Shown: positions 1 through 8,385 of the stretch, in pieces
How the letters are laid out: each line of letters opens with the position of its first letter
How positions within the stretch are numbered: position 1 is the first letter of the stretch
Source of the DNA: a virus
DNA: 64,000 nt
Direction: 5' to 3' (one strand)
Virus record (IMG/VR): IMGVR_UViG_3300045988_108174
Translations under genes and position numbers: made by a program
The notes under the pieces: generated by a model
The model's input: only the letters and a program-made list of their open reading frames with translations
What the model was told of the DNA's origin: nothing
The model's database searches: none

Positions 1-57
1 CCAACAAAATTCAACTTCCTTCCAACAAAATTCAACTTCCTTCCAACAAAATTCAAC
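1..57. repeat. Tandem direct repeat, 21-bp unit ccaacaaaattcaacttcctt in 2.7 copies; window starts inside the array
   Basis: Copies at 1-21 and 22-42, partial third copy at 43-57. Confidence 0.9.
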
Positions 58-65
58 AGATCAGC

Positions 66-162
66 GTTTTAAAACGGCATAATGTAGGGTTTTCCTACAA
101 AATTAAGACTTACAGTGCTTTAAAACGGCATAATGTGAGTTTATTCTACAAAATTCAATAGG
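66..162. repeat. Two copies of an about 45-bp direct repeat (66-109 and 118-162) with core tttaaaacggcataatgt...ctacaaaatt(c)aa; iteron-like
   Basis: The two copies are 52 bp apart. They share the ACAAAATTCAA core with the 21-bp repeat. Confidence 0.85.
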
Positions 163-232
163 TTGAGAGTTGAAAACTATATTCTATAGATTAGTAGTAA
201 TCGGAATGTATAACAATTAAAACATAAACAAC

Positions 233-493
233 ATGAACGTATATGACTTTGCGCCTGACTTAGATTTGAGTAAGGAGGGAGAGGGTTCTATTTTTGGGGT
301 GAAAGGAATAGAAGGCAGTGATGGTATAGTATATGCTAAGGTAGTTAGCTGTGTAGACGTTAAGGATTACGGTTGTGAGAGGTGTATTTTTTATGATTGT
401 TATAAGGATAAATGTTTGTTATCGCGTAGTGTTAGTTGTGTAGATGGGGACCGGATTTGTAGGTACGAACAGGCTGCCATAGAGGGGGAGTAG
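233..493 (+). CDS. Hypothetical Cys-rich small protein
   Basis: 86-aa ORF, first after the repeat region; multiple Cys pairs. Confidence 0.4.
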   Translation: MNVYDFAPDLDLSKEGEGSIFGVKGIEGSDGIVYAKVVSCVDVKDYGCERCIFYDCYKDKCLLSRSVSCVDGDRICRYEQAAIEGE

Positions 494-536
494 GCGGCGC
501 CTTGGGCTAAGGCCTGCGGTTGTAGGTGGAACGTAG

Positions 537-552
537 GTCGGAGCAGAGCCGG
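537..552 (+). other. Degenerate copy of the T-arm-like hairpin (gtaggtcgg-agcagag-ccgg) seen at 781 and 1635
   Basis: Flanks are conserved with element E1 (ggtg..gtaggtcgg...ccgg...aca..aaaa..aaggagg..ATG); the loop differs. Confidence 0.3.
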
Positions 553-600
553 AACAGTTTGTTGTGGAACTAAAAAAAATAAAAAGGAGGAGATAGCGAT

Positions 601-681
601 ATGAAAAAGGCATTTAAGATATTTTCTATTATGTTTGTCATAGAAATAGTGTTGATAGCTATTTTAGATGCTATGGCGTAA
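601..681 (+). CDS. 26-aa hydrophobic peptide (MKKAFKIFSIMFVIEIVLIAILDAMA)
   Basis: Perfect SD AAGGAGG 7 nt upstream; below the ORF-track size cutoff. Confidence 0.3.
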   Translation: MKKAFKIFSIMFVIEIVLIAILDAMA

Positions 682-723
682 GTGAGAAAAATTTCTTCAT
701 TAATTTTCTTATGCTTTAGACAG

Positions 724-753
724 AGTGCTCCCGTCTGCGAAGATCGGAGCACT
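724..753 (+). other. Hairpin agtgctcc/ggagcact with internal ct-GCGA-ag GNRA tetraloop
   Basis: 8-bp perfect stem; loop gtctgcgaagat is shared with terminator hairpins at 5591 and 2382. Confidence 0.5.
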
Positions 754-806
754 TGCTTTATGGGATTCATGGTGCGGTAGGTCGGTTCGATTCCGGCGAT
801 CTCACA
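741..806 (+). ncRNA. tRNA-like element E1: T-arm-like hairpin gtcgg-ttcgatt-ccggc plus acceptor-like tail gatctcaca; not a canonical tRNA
   Basis: Has a GGTTCGATTCC T-loop motif. Only about 68 nt, no convincing D or anticodon arms, and the acceptor-like 5' strand sits inside the preceding hairpin. Confidence 0.3.
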
Positions 807-834
807 CAACATTAAAAACAAAGGAGGAAAGAAA

Positions 835-1176
835 ATGAAAGATGGTATTACATTACATCCAGAACACGGATTGAATCCGTCTATAGAAGTTTGCATGATA
901 TGTGGCGAAGAGATGGGGATTGCTTTATTAGGGAATAACATCAAGGGGCAGGCGCCGCATCATATATGCACGGGCGAAGTATGTGACAATTGCAAAAAGA
1001 TAATAGACGAAGGAGGTTGTTTTATTATCGAAGTCGAAGATGGCTCAGATCAAAAGAATCCGTATCGCACAGGAAGATATTGTGCGATAAAGAAAGAGGC
1101 AGCAAAGAAAATGTTTGGACAGGAGCATAATATTGTGTACATGGAAAAGTCTGCATACAGTCTAATAATACTATAA
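835..1176 (+). CDS. Hypothetical zinc-ribbon protein (CxxC...CxxC)
   Basis: 113 aa; SD AGGAGGAAAG upstream. Confidence 0.6.
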   Translation: MKDGITLHPEHGLNPSIEVCMICGEEMGIALLGNNIKGQAPHHICTGEVCDNCKKIIDEGGCFIIEVEDGSDQKNPYRTGRYCAIKKEAAKKMFGQEHNIVYMEKSAYSLIIL

Positions 1177-1191
1177 AAAACGAAGAGAGAT

Positions 1192-1506
1192 ATGTTTACA
1201 AAAGAAGAGCGATTATTCATATGGAAAAAGGTATATGAGATGATTGATAGGCAAGAGGATGGGGAATACATATGTGTTGCGTTAAGAAATGTAGTGTTTA
1301 TGTATTTCAAAAAACATAAAAATATCTATGGGTTTCGTTCAGACGAAATGGTGAGAATATATTTCCCGGAATTGGAGGAGAAGATAAGTATGGCCACAGA
1401 ACCAGAGGAAACAAGAACGTTTTATGGGTGGTTTGGTTGCATTAGTCCAGAAACGAAGGAGGTAAGGCTGAATATTGTGAAAGATATTATAAAAGAGTTA
1501 GAATAG
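1192..1506 (+). CDS. Hypothetical protein
   Basis: 104 aa, co-oriented and tightly packed. Confidence 0.5.
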   Translation: MFTKEERLFIWKKVYEMIDRQEDGEYICVALRNVVFMYFKKHKNIYGFRSDEMVRIYFPELEEKISMATEPEETRTFYGWFGCISPETKEVRLNIVKDIIKELE

Positions 1507-1590
1507 TATTTTTGTTAATCTATTTTATTCATCAAATTAAGTTTTGGGTTTTGGCATGTCGGTTCGTGAGAATAGGCATGTCTATTTGTG

Positions 1591-1660
1591 TATCATAGAG
1601 GGATGGCGCGGCGTGCCGGTATGTATGTGCCGGTCCTGGTTCGATTCTGGGCATCTCACA
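1591..1660 (+). ncRNA. tRNA-like element E2: T-arm-like hairpin cctgg-ttcgatt-ctggg plus catctcaca tail; paralogue of E1
   Basis: Same loop TTCGATT and tail ATCTCACA as E1. Stem bases differ but still pair, a compensatory change. Confidence 0.3.
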
Positions 1661-1912
1661 AACAATAAAACATAATTATATGGAAGTAATAACATTCGGT
1701 CCGAACATGGATTTGTCTTCTAAAAAAAACAGGAGATGTATTTAGATTAAAATTGTATGGTATAGAGTATGATGTCAAAGTAGTTGGTGACGACGAAGAT
1801 CCTCTTATGTTCTGCAAAGATTGTATATTTTTTAACAACTCCGAACGGTGTTCACTCTCAGAATCGCAAGACTGGTGCTTAAAAAAGCAAGTTGTTTACT
1901 GTAAAATAAGAC

Positions 1913-2104
1913 ATGATGAGGGAATTTAATGCGAAAGACGCCAATTTCTTATGGCGTCAAATTGGTAGGATTGATGGGGTGATAGAAACTCTGAACCGTA
2001 CCGAAGGAGAGATGCCGGAAATTATAGCCGGAGTGCTAAAAAGAATAAGAGACGATATAGATAAGTTTGTAGACAATAAAACGAAAGATTATGAGAATAT
2101 ATAG
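1913..2104 (+). CDS. Hypothetical protein
   Basis: 63-aa ORF. Confidence 0.3.
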   Translation: MMREFNAKDANFLWRQIGRIDGVIETLNRTEGEMPEIIAGVLKRIRDDIDKFVDNKTKDYENI

Positions 2105-2300
2105 GAATGATATTATAAAGGCGTCAGCGATAAGCACAGACGACGACAGAGGTTTGTTGTTGTGTTCAATAACAGATTCAGGCTTTACGTCTATAGCGAG
2201 CGTGATATCGGCTGTTAAAGACAAGTTACCAAACAAAGATCATAAGAAGATGGTGTTTGAAATCTTGAATGATACGAAAAAAAGAGTACGGACGATATAA
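2091..2300 (+). CDS. Hypothetical protein
   Basis: 69-aa ORF. Confidence 0.3.
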   Translation: MRIYRNDIIKASAISTDDDRGLLLCSITDSGFTSIASVISAVKDKLPNKDHKKMVFEILNDTKKRVRTI

Positions 2301-2381
2301 CAATTGTGGGACAAAAGTATTGTAATAAAGAGCAGAAAACAATATGTTTATGTAATGTTAGTTTTTTCATTTTTATTGAAA

Positions 2382-2423
2382 AGAGCGCCGGCCTGTGAAG
2401 GTATGCGCTCTTTGTATTTGTAT
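2382..2423 (+). terminator. Intrinsic terminator: agagcgc/gcgctct stem with ct-GTGA-ag tetraloop, then T-rich tract
   Basis: 7-bp stem, GNRA loop, followed by ttgtatttgtat. Confidence 0.5.
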
Positions 2424-2444
2424 AATATATAAAACGATAATAAT

Positions 2445-2699
2445 ATGACAGATAATAACATAGATGTGAATATCGTACCTGTAAAGAATGGTGCGAAACG
2501 TGTTGTGGTATCATATTACCATTATTCACGCAAGGACAAAAATCACATGAGTTCTCAAACGGATTACGTGTGGGAAACAAAGAATGAAGAAATGTTTAAA
2601 TACTTTGAGGCCAGGAGGACAAAAGTATTTTATAGTCAGATTCGTGCCATGTGTAGATTCTATGGCAAGAAAAATGTACGTAAATACAAAAAGCTATGA
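2445..2699 (+). CDS. Hypothetical protein
   Basis: 84 aa; follows the terminator at 2382. Confidence 0.45.
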   Translation: MTDNNIDVNIVPVKNGAKRVVVSYYHYSRKDKNHMSSQTDYVWETKNEEMFKYFEARRTKVFYSQIRAMCRFYGKKNVRKYKKL

Positions 2700-3505
2700 T
2701 ATTAAAAACGACAACCAACGAGTTTTGTTTCATTAACGTAAGTTTCTATGAAACAATAGCAGATCCTCGCTATTTCTTTGAACAAGATTATGAAGAGATG
2801 CCGGAATATGAGGAGGAATTAGATTTTGATTTTGATTCTTATTGCAATAAGTTTATTCCTTTTGTACAGGAATGGGCGAATAAGGTGGGCGAACGCCTTT
2901 ATGAATATGGTGTGAATAACATAAAGGTAATATCGGTCGGACATCCAAAAGAATACAATTATGGTACCGATTGGATAAACGTAGAGGTAGAGTTTTGTGA
3001 TGAATGGAGGCAAAAGATGTTATCTAACATTGGTAAGATTGTTAATGATGATAAATGCAAGAAGTATGCGGAGGCTAATTATCGGTCGGTATCAGGATAC
3101 ATCTTTTTAGGACCTGAAGATTTAAAGGAATTTGAAAAGAAAATAATAGAAAGAAAGTCAGATTCGGGATATGATGTAACAATATTATTAAATATGTATC
3201 TAACTTTGGCTTTTGTAAAAGAATTTGGATTTAAAGCCGGAGAAGCGTGGAGTGAAATAACAGAATATGCTTACGGATGTTTATCGTATTCCGATTTTGC
3301 AACAACAGAGATGCTTATACCGGAAGGTTCGGAGCATTTATTCAAAGACATTTACACGGCAAAGGCCGACGAATTATATCATCATGTCCTGGATAAATTC
3401 GGATGGGCGTGGCGTGATCCGAAATATAAATCAGAAACAGAATTATGCTCGATGTTAAAATGGGCAAAAGAAAAAGGCTTGACCATTGAAGAGTTAAGTA
3501 TTTAA
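2696..3505 (+). CDS. Hypothetical protein (269 aa)
   Basis: ATGA overlap with the upstream gene; long ORF. Confidence 0.65.
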   Translation: MILKTTTNEFCFINVSFYETIADPRYFFEQDYEEMPEYEEELDFDFDSYCNKFIPFVQEWANKVGERLYEYGVNNIKVISVGHPKEYNYGTDWINVEVEFCDEWRQKMLSNIGKIVNDDKCKKYAEANYRSVSGYIFLGPEDLKEFEKKIIERKSDSGYDVTILLNMYLTLAFVKEFGFKAGEAWSEITEYAYGCLSYSDFATTEMLIPEGSEHLFKDIYTAKADELYHHVLDKFGWAWRDPKYKSETELCSMLKWAKEKGLTIEELSI

Positions 3506-3568
3506 TTGTTAAACATAAGGCAGTAGTGGTGCGTGAGTATAGGTGCTGCCGTTAAAATATTTTATAAG

Positions 3569-3817
3569 ATGAAAAAAGAAGAGATTCAAACTATTTTATA
3601 CACAATCAAAGAAGGAGACAGTATTAAAATCAAAGTACAAGACAAAAGTGAAGAGATAAGATTGCGGGATCATGTAAGAAGAACGCAGAAATACGGATAC
3701 AGGTTTTGTTTGTCTCATTTGCATGATGGAATTTTCTATTTGGAGAAGTTGGAAGAGGGAGATAAAGATAAATACTATAGAGTAATAAACAGAGGAAATG
3801 GAAAGACCGGAGTATAA
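3569..3817 (+). CDS. Hypothetical protein (ORF track gives a GTG start at 3533)
   Basis: First ATG in frame (MKKEEIQ...) at 3569. Confidence 0.45.
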   Translation: MKKEEIQTILYTIKEGDSIKIKVQDKSEEIRLRDHVRRTQKYGYRFCLSHLHDGIFYLEKLEEGDKDKYYRVINRGNGKTGV

Positions 3818-4091
3818 TAAGCTACGCAAAATGGCTAAGACTACTCCAGGTCTGATAGTGGACGAGGCGCAAAACATGATGCGTGTATCGCTGTATGATA
3901 ATGGGGAACTTAAGAAGATCGTAGTAGTAATGAAATGCGATTCTTTTTTACAGTCAAAAAGTAACATAGAAAAGATAATGTTATTATCATCTTCTATAGA
4001 AGATAGAAAAAACAAAGAAAAAAATAAAACAAAATTAGAAAATGAACAGAATAACAAAAATAAGAGAAGAAATAGGAGGAAAACAGGTTGA
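3798..4091 (+). CDS. Hypothetical Lys/Asn-rich protein
   Basis: 97-aa ORF with a low-complexity C-terminus. Confidence 0.3.
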   Translation: MERPEYNKLRKMAKTTPGLIVDEAQNMMRVSLYDNGELKKIVVVMKCDSFLQSKSNIEKIMLLSSSIEDRKNKEKNKTKLENEQNNKNKRRNRRKTG

Positions 4092-4425
4092 TTTGACCTT
4101 TTATGGGTGTTTTTGCAGCCTTATTGAAGGTGATAGAAAGATAATACTAAAGGCAATAAAAAACGGTCGTAAGAAAGGCGTAATCGGAGCCATTCAGCCT
4201 GGAAGACATGATAGAATTTGGACCACATGGGCTATTGCTTTTGAGGATCTGAAGGTAGGGGATACGGTAGAGTTCAGTACATCTGGAAAATACAATCCCG
4301 GATTTCATGCTACGGAAAAGTATGTAGGGTGTGTAGAATGGATAAAAGGATCGGAATGTGCGATAAAAACAGGTAAGGGGATGGCAGTAGTATTAATTAA
4401 ACACATAGAAAGGGTAGTAAAATGA
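4042..4425 (+). CDS. Hypothetical protein
   Basis: 127 aa. Confidence 0.5.
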   Translation: MNRITKIREEIGGKQVDLTFYGCFCSLIEGDRKIILKAIKNGRKKGVIGAIQPGRHDRIWTTWAIAFEDLKVGDTVEFSTSGKYNPGFHATEKYVGCVEWIKGSECAIKTGKGMAVVLIKHIERVVK

Positions 4426-4706
4426 TGGATTTAAGGATGTTTATAGACCTATTTCAGGAGACTGAGGTAGAAAACTTGTTTAAAGCGTTAGATTTATGTA
4501 TGGAATATGTAAGATTAGATTTACATGTGTCTAATGTAGGAGCTTATGTAACGTGTTCATACAGCAATGATCTTGAATCTCTTTCACAGGCAGAAGGTTG
4601 TAATGTGAATATGATAATAGAGGTACCCTACTTATTCGAAGCATTCATGGAATATGCTTCACCGGAAATGAAGTTGTATTATGAAAAACTAACAGAGATA
4701 GTATAA
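4422..4706 (+). CDS. Hypothetical protein
   Basis: 94 aa; ATGA coupling. Confidence 0.5.
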   Translation: MMDLRMFIDLFQETEVENLFKALDLCMEYVRLDLHVSNVGAYVTCSYSNDLESLSQAEGCNVNMIIEVPYLFEAFMEYASPEMKLYYEKLTEIV

Positions 4707-4707
4707 T

Positions 4708-5181
4708 ATGAAAGAAGAAGTAGAACGGATAAAGAAGTTGGTAGGCATAGATCATAACAGATGGGAGCAACCTTGTACATGTGATAAATGTAAAAACATG
4801 TGTAAAGTTCCTTGTATTGGTACGCCAAAAGACATAGAGGCTATCATAGATGCCGGATACGCTGACAGGTTAAAAGAAACAATGTGGATGGTAGGGTATC
4901 TTGCAGTGAAAGAAAAACCAATAGCGATGATCCAGCCAACAGAGAAAGACGGGTGGTGCGCATTCCGCCAGCCGGGCGGTCTCTGCGAGCTGCATGACCT
5001 CGGACTAAAGCCGACTGAAGGAGTTCTGGCTTCTTGTAAGGTGGTTGAAGAAGACGATATTCCGACATACGAAACATCCGTACTTAGAGCAGTAGCTCAC
5101 GAGTGGGTTAAGGTGGAGAACTTTGGAAATGTAATGAAGGTCGTTTTTAAATTTTTGCATGAAAATGAACGTAGAAAATAA
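4708..5181 (+). CDS. Hypothetical Cys-rich protein
   Basis: 157 aa with CTCDKCKNMC...C...C cluster. Confidence 0.55.
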   Translation: MKEEVERIKKLVGIDHNRWEQPCTCDKCKNMCKVPCIGTPKDIEAIIDAGYADRLKETMWMVGYLAVKEKPIAMIQPTEKDGWCAFRQPGGLCELHDLGLKPTEGVLASCKVVEEDDIPTYETSVLRAVAHEWVKVENFGNVMKVVFKFLHENERRK

Positions 5182-5569
5182 ATTAAATAAAGTGGTTAAG
5201 ATCCTAAAAGAAAAAGGATTCGTAGTATATAGAAAGGGCGGGAAGGAGCCAGGTGTATTTTATGCCAAAGAAGGTGACAGCCGGATAGGATTCGTTTATC
5301 CAAACAACGGATATATATACGACAGGATAAAAATGTGGTCTTTTTCAAGGGTGTATAAACCACATAAGAAAACCGGATCTTCGTGTTTAATGTGTGTCAG
5401 CGACGAATTTACTATAGAAAATGCAATTAAGAGCATAGAAGATAGACTGTGGGTAAATTATATAAAAGACGGTAACAGAAAACGACCAGAAGAATATAAA
5501 AATATAAGAGAATTTGTTGGTAGCTTCACTAAATTCTACAGCTCTGTAGAATTAGTTGAAGTAAAATAG
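5159..5569 (+). CDS. Hypothetical protein
   Basis: 136 aa; followed by the terminator at 5591. Confidence 0.5.
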   Translation: MKMNVENKLNKVVKILKEKGFVVYRKGGKEPGVFYAKEGDSRIGFVYPNNGYIYDRIKMWSFSRVYKPHKKTGSSCLMCVSDEFTIENAIKSIEDRLWVNYIKDGNRKRPEEYKNIREFVGSFTKFYSSVELVEVK

Positions 5570-5590
5570 TTTTCCATGTAAGTTAGTTAC

Positions 5591-5627
5591 CGGCACTGGT
5601 CTGCGAAGATAGGTGCCGTTTTTTTTA
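5591..5627 (+). terminator. Intrinsic terminator: cggcac/gtgccg stem with ct-GCGA-ag tetraloop plus T9
   Basis: Hairpin followed by tttttttta; downstream gene has a strong RBS. Confidence 0.65.
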
Positions 5628-5647
5628 TTCAAGAAAGGAGGACAAAG

Positions 5648-5899
5648 ATGGAGAAAAGAGGCAAGAAGATGCCTTACGAGGTAGTCATACAGGAAAGAAA
5701 AAGAGTGGATTTGTACGGTAACGTAGTGTATTATATCCATTGGTTTGATAAATATGGGTACAATATCACAAACGAATGGAAATTCTGGAGCAAGGGTCCG
5801 AAAAAGAAATACGATAGAGTTAATCGTTATCTAACGGATAGTTGGTTGAAGGAATACTGTGGGAATAACGATTTAAAGATAAGGAGAATAAAGGAATGA
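5648..5899 (+). CDS. Hypothetical protein
   Basis: 83 aa; SD AAGGAGGA upstream. Confidence 0.55.
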   Translation: MEKRGKKMPYEVVIQERKRVDLYGNVVYYIHWFDKYGYNITNEWKFWSKGPKKKYDRVNRYLTDSWLKEYCGNNDLKIRRIKE

Positions 5900-6411
5900 A
5901 AAAGATAAAAGTAGACAAAGTGATATTATACTATATGGATCGGGTAGACCCTGACGGGAACCCATACCGGTTCTATGTGTATAAAGGAATGGCATCTGAA
6001 ATAGAATACTTTTGCACGGAAGAGGCAGGTAATATGACTATACCAATCGGAGAAGGAGAGTATGTCAAGATTGTACCAAAAGAAATAGAGAAAATACCGG
6101 TAAGGGGATATAGGAAGCTTACTGGAATATGGAATCGTGAAACATGTAACGGAAAGGGATGGTATAGGCTTTTTAATTATTTCAAATACAAGCCGACCCT
6201 ATGTTATTTTAAAAAAGCTGGACATGATGTAAATGGGAATACAAGATACGAAATATCATTATTTAACAACATTATAAATGTGACAAGGTATTTCAATCTG
6301 TGGAGAATGAAGCCAGGAAAGTATGCTATGGTAACAAACGAGTGTGGCGCCTTGGATGTTATAAAAGAAAAATTTGACAACATAAATATAGTGGAATATG
6401 GATCTGAATGA
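5896..6411 (+). CDS. Hypothetical protein
   Basis: 171 aa; ATGA coupling. Confidence 0.55.
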   Translation: MKKIKVDKVILYYMDRVDPDGNPYRFYVYKGMASEIEYFCTEEAGNMTIPIGEGEYVKIVPKEIEKIPVRGYRKLTGIWNRETCNGKGWYRLFNYFKYKPTLCYFKKAGHDVNGNTRYEISLFNNIINVTRYFNLWRMKPGKYAMVTNECGALDVIKEKFDNINIVEYGSE

Positions 6412-6766
6412 ATTGTACAAAGAAATAGAAAAAGCGGAGGTTGATCTGAATGCAAAAAGATTAAAGTACATCAAAGAAGCATTAGCAGAAAACAATGGAA
6501 TTATAAAGCTAAAATTTAAAGAGTTTAAAGAATTTAAAGAAACTAATGATGTATTTGACTTTGACGATCAGTTTCCGGTGATAATAGAAATTGCTGGGAT
6601 TCCTATGTATTTAACGGAAGTGTATGTCAAAAAAAACGATTTTCGTATAGTTCTGCTGGATTATGATGATATGACTTTAGGTGATTATGATAATACAGGG
6701 GAAAATGAACAGGTTGCTTATTTTATTAACTATTGCTTAAATCAAGACAAAGATGGGAAAGAGTAG
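6398..6766 (+). CDS. Hypothetical acidic protein
   Basis: 122 aa. Confidence 0.5.
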   Translation: MDLNELYKEIEKAEVDLNAKRLKYIKEALAENNGIIKLKFKEFKEFKETNDVFDFDDQFPVIIEIAGIPMYLTEVYVKKNDFRIVLLDYDDMTLGDYDNTGENEQVAYFINYCLNQDKDGKE

Positions 6767-6941
6767 AAAAGATTATGAGAAGTATCTTAACTCAATATCT
6801 CCAGATAGAGACGATGAGAGATGGATCATTGGAGGAAAGAACAGGTATTGCGGTAGAGAGAATTATGGCACTATGATCAAAAGGTATGATCCTATTGGTT
6901 TTAATGTAGGATACAGGGAGTGGGTAGAACAGCCAGAGTAA
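6753..6941 (+). CDS. Hypothetical protein
   Basis: 62 aa; followed by a GC-rich island. Confidence 0.4.
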   Translation: MGKSRKDYEKYLNSISPDRDDERWIIGGKNRYCGRENYGTMIKRYDPIGFNVGYREWVEQPE

Positions 6942-7034
6942 GGCGGCGCCTGCCCTGCCATGAGGTCGGCCTGGCTGTCTGTGGCCAGGACCGTACATTA
7001 GTCAGATAGTGAACGACGAAAACAATACAAATGT

Positions 7035-7514
7035 TTGTTGATTATGAGAGTAGAAGATTTAACGAAGTTTGAAGGAGAATGTCCTAACATAGTCGTATTT
7101 GGTACATATATGGATATTAGGGTTCCATTAACGAAGAAATGGAAGAAAATTATTAACGAGAGAGGAGATAAGCCAAACACGTATCATAACTGTTTGATTA
7201 GTTATATCTCAGAGCAGATCGCGTTGTCCGGATTCAACATGAAAAGCATCGGGAACCTCTTAATAAAGGGAATCGTTTTTAATCAAAACGATTACTATAA
7301 GTATAACGACGTAGGAGGATTCCCGGCAACTATCAACGATTTGGGATATTGGGATAAAAACAGGGTAGAGCTAAATGAAGATTTTCACACTGTTAGGCTG
7401 TTTAATACAGTAAGTGTATATGGATTGATGTTTGGACCCATAAAACAAAATAATTTCATTACGCTGGAAAACGATATAATGCAGATTAATGTTGGCAGCA
7501 TAACTTACATCTAA
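7035..7514 (+). CDS. Hypothetical protein
   Basis: 159 aa. Confidence 0.5.
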   Translation: MLIMRVEDLTKFEGECPNIVVFGTYMDIRVPLTKKWKKIINERGDKPNTYHNCLISYISEQIALSGFNMKSIGNLLIKGIVFNQNDYYKYNDVGGFPATINDLGYWDKNRVELNEDFHTVRLFNTVSVYGLMFGPIKQNNFITLENDIMQINVGSITYI

Positions 7515-7543
7515 AGAGATAAATCATAAAGCTATTATACTTA

Positions 7544-8374
7544 GTGGAGTCGGGAGAATCGAAGTTTCTTGTCTTCGACGAAATGCCTGATAAAATTAGC
7601 ACAAAGTACGGAGATGATACCATTATTGGAAGGATAGGAGGTATATTCTATGATTTCTTTGCAAAGAGAAATGAGAGAAGAGAAGCTCTCGGAGGTAGAA
7701 AGTTCGATATCGTACTTGACAACGGAGAGATAGAGAAGTGTGAAGGGCAATGGTGGGATGCGGTGACAGACAGAGCAAGAGAAGAAATCGTAAGATCCAA
7801 AAGTGAGAAATGTACATGTGAAAACAGAGTACCATCCGAAGAGGATAAGAAAGAGTCAACTGACGGACTGTATATAATCTACAAAGACGGACATGCAGAG
7901 CCGTTTACCGGCGATAACTCCAAAGATTGTGTACGATACATTGGGTTGAAGCACAGATACATGTCATTTGCAATCTCACTGACGGAGCATGATATCATAC
8001 AATTGCTTGACGATGATAGCCGTGAAGAATCCGGAAGTGGGACATATTACGAACGTGAATGTGATGCGCTGTTTGACATTGACGGACGCGGCAATACGGA
8101 ACGCCTTGTAACCAGAAATCCAAAATTGAGAAATCTGCTGGAAGATGGCGAGTATATACCATCTCTTGGTCAATTAAATTTAATGGCCCATTATATGGAC
8201 GAACTAAACAAAGCATTCACTTATGTTTCGGCATCTCCCCTCTCCTCGACGTGGTATTGGTCCAGTACTGAGAGCAGCCAGGCCGTCGCGTGGTACGTGG
8301 TCTTCTCCAGTGGCCTCACGGGCACCGGCAACAAGCACATCGGAGACATGGTTCGGGCGGTAATTGATTTTTAA
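7544..8374 (+). CDS. Protein with C-terminal DUF1566-like (Lcl C-terminal / Fib_succ_major-type) domain; start uncertain (GTG 7544 or ATG 7583)
   Basis: C-terminus WYWSSTESSQAVAWYVVFSSG...K..GDMVRAV matches the W-SST...AW-V-F..G...K...VR-V signature; locally GC-rich. Confidence 0.55.
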   Translation: MESGESKFLVFDEMPDKISTKYGDDTIIGRIGGIFYDFFAKRNERREALGGRKFDIVLDNGEIEKCEGQWWDAVTDRAREEIVRSKSEKCTCENRVPSEEDKKESTDGLYIIYKDGHAEPFTGDNSKDCVRYIGLKHRYMSFAISLTEHDIIQLLDDDSREESGSGTYYERECDALFDIDGRGNTERLVTRNPKLRNLLEDGEYIPSLGQLNLMAHYMDELNKAFTYVSASPLSSTWYWSSTESSQAVAWYVVFSSGLTGTGNKHIGDMVRAVIDF

Positions 8375-8385
8375 AAAGGATTACA

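Noticed and set aside
1-57. Possible CRISPR array at the window start
   Set aside because: The repeats are directly tandem with no spacers and no cas genes nearby. This is a simple tandem repeat.
741-1660. Canonical tRNA genes at 741-806 and 1591-1660
   Set aside because: Only the T-arm and an acceptor-like tail are present. Length is about 68 nt, the D and anticodon arms cannot be formed, and the putative acceptor 5' strand of E1 lies inside a separate stable hairpin. Kept as tRNA-like elements only.
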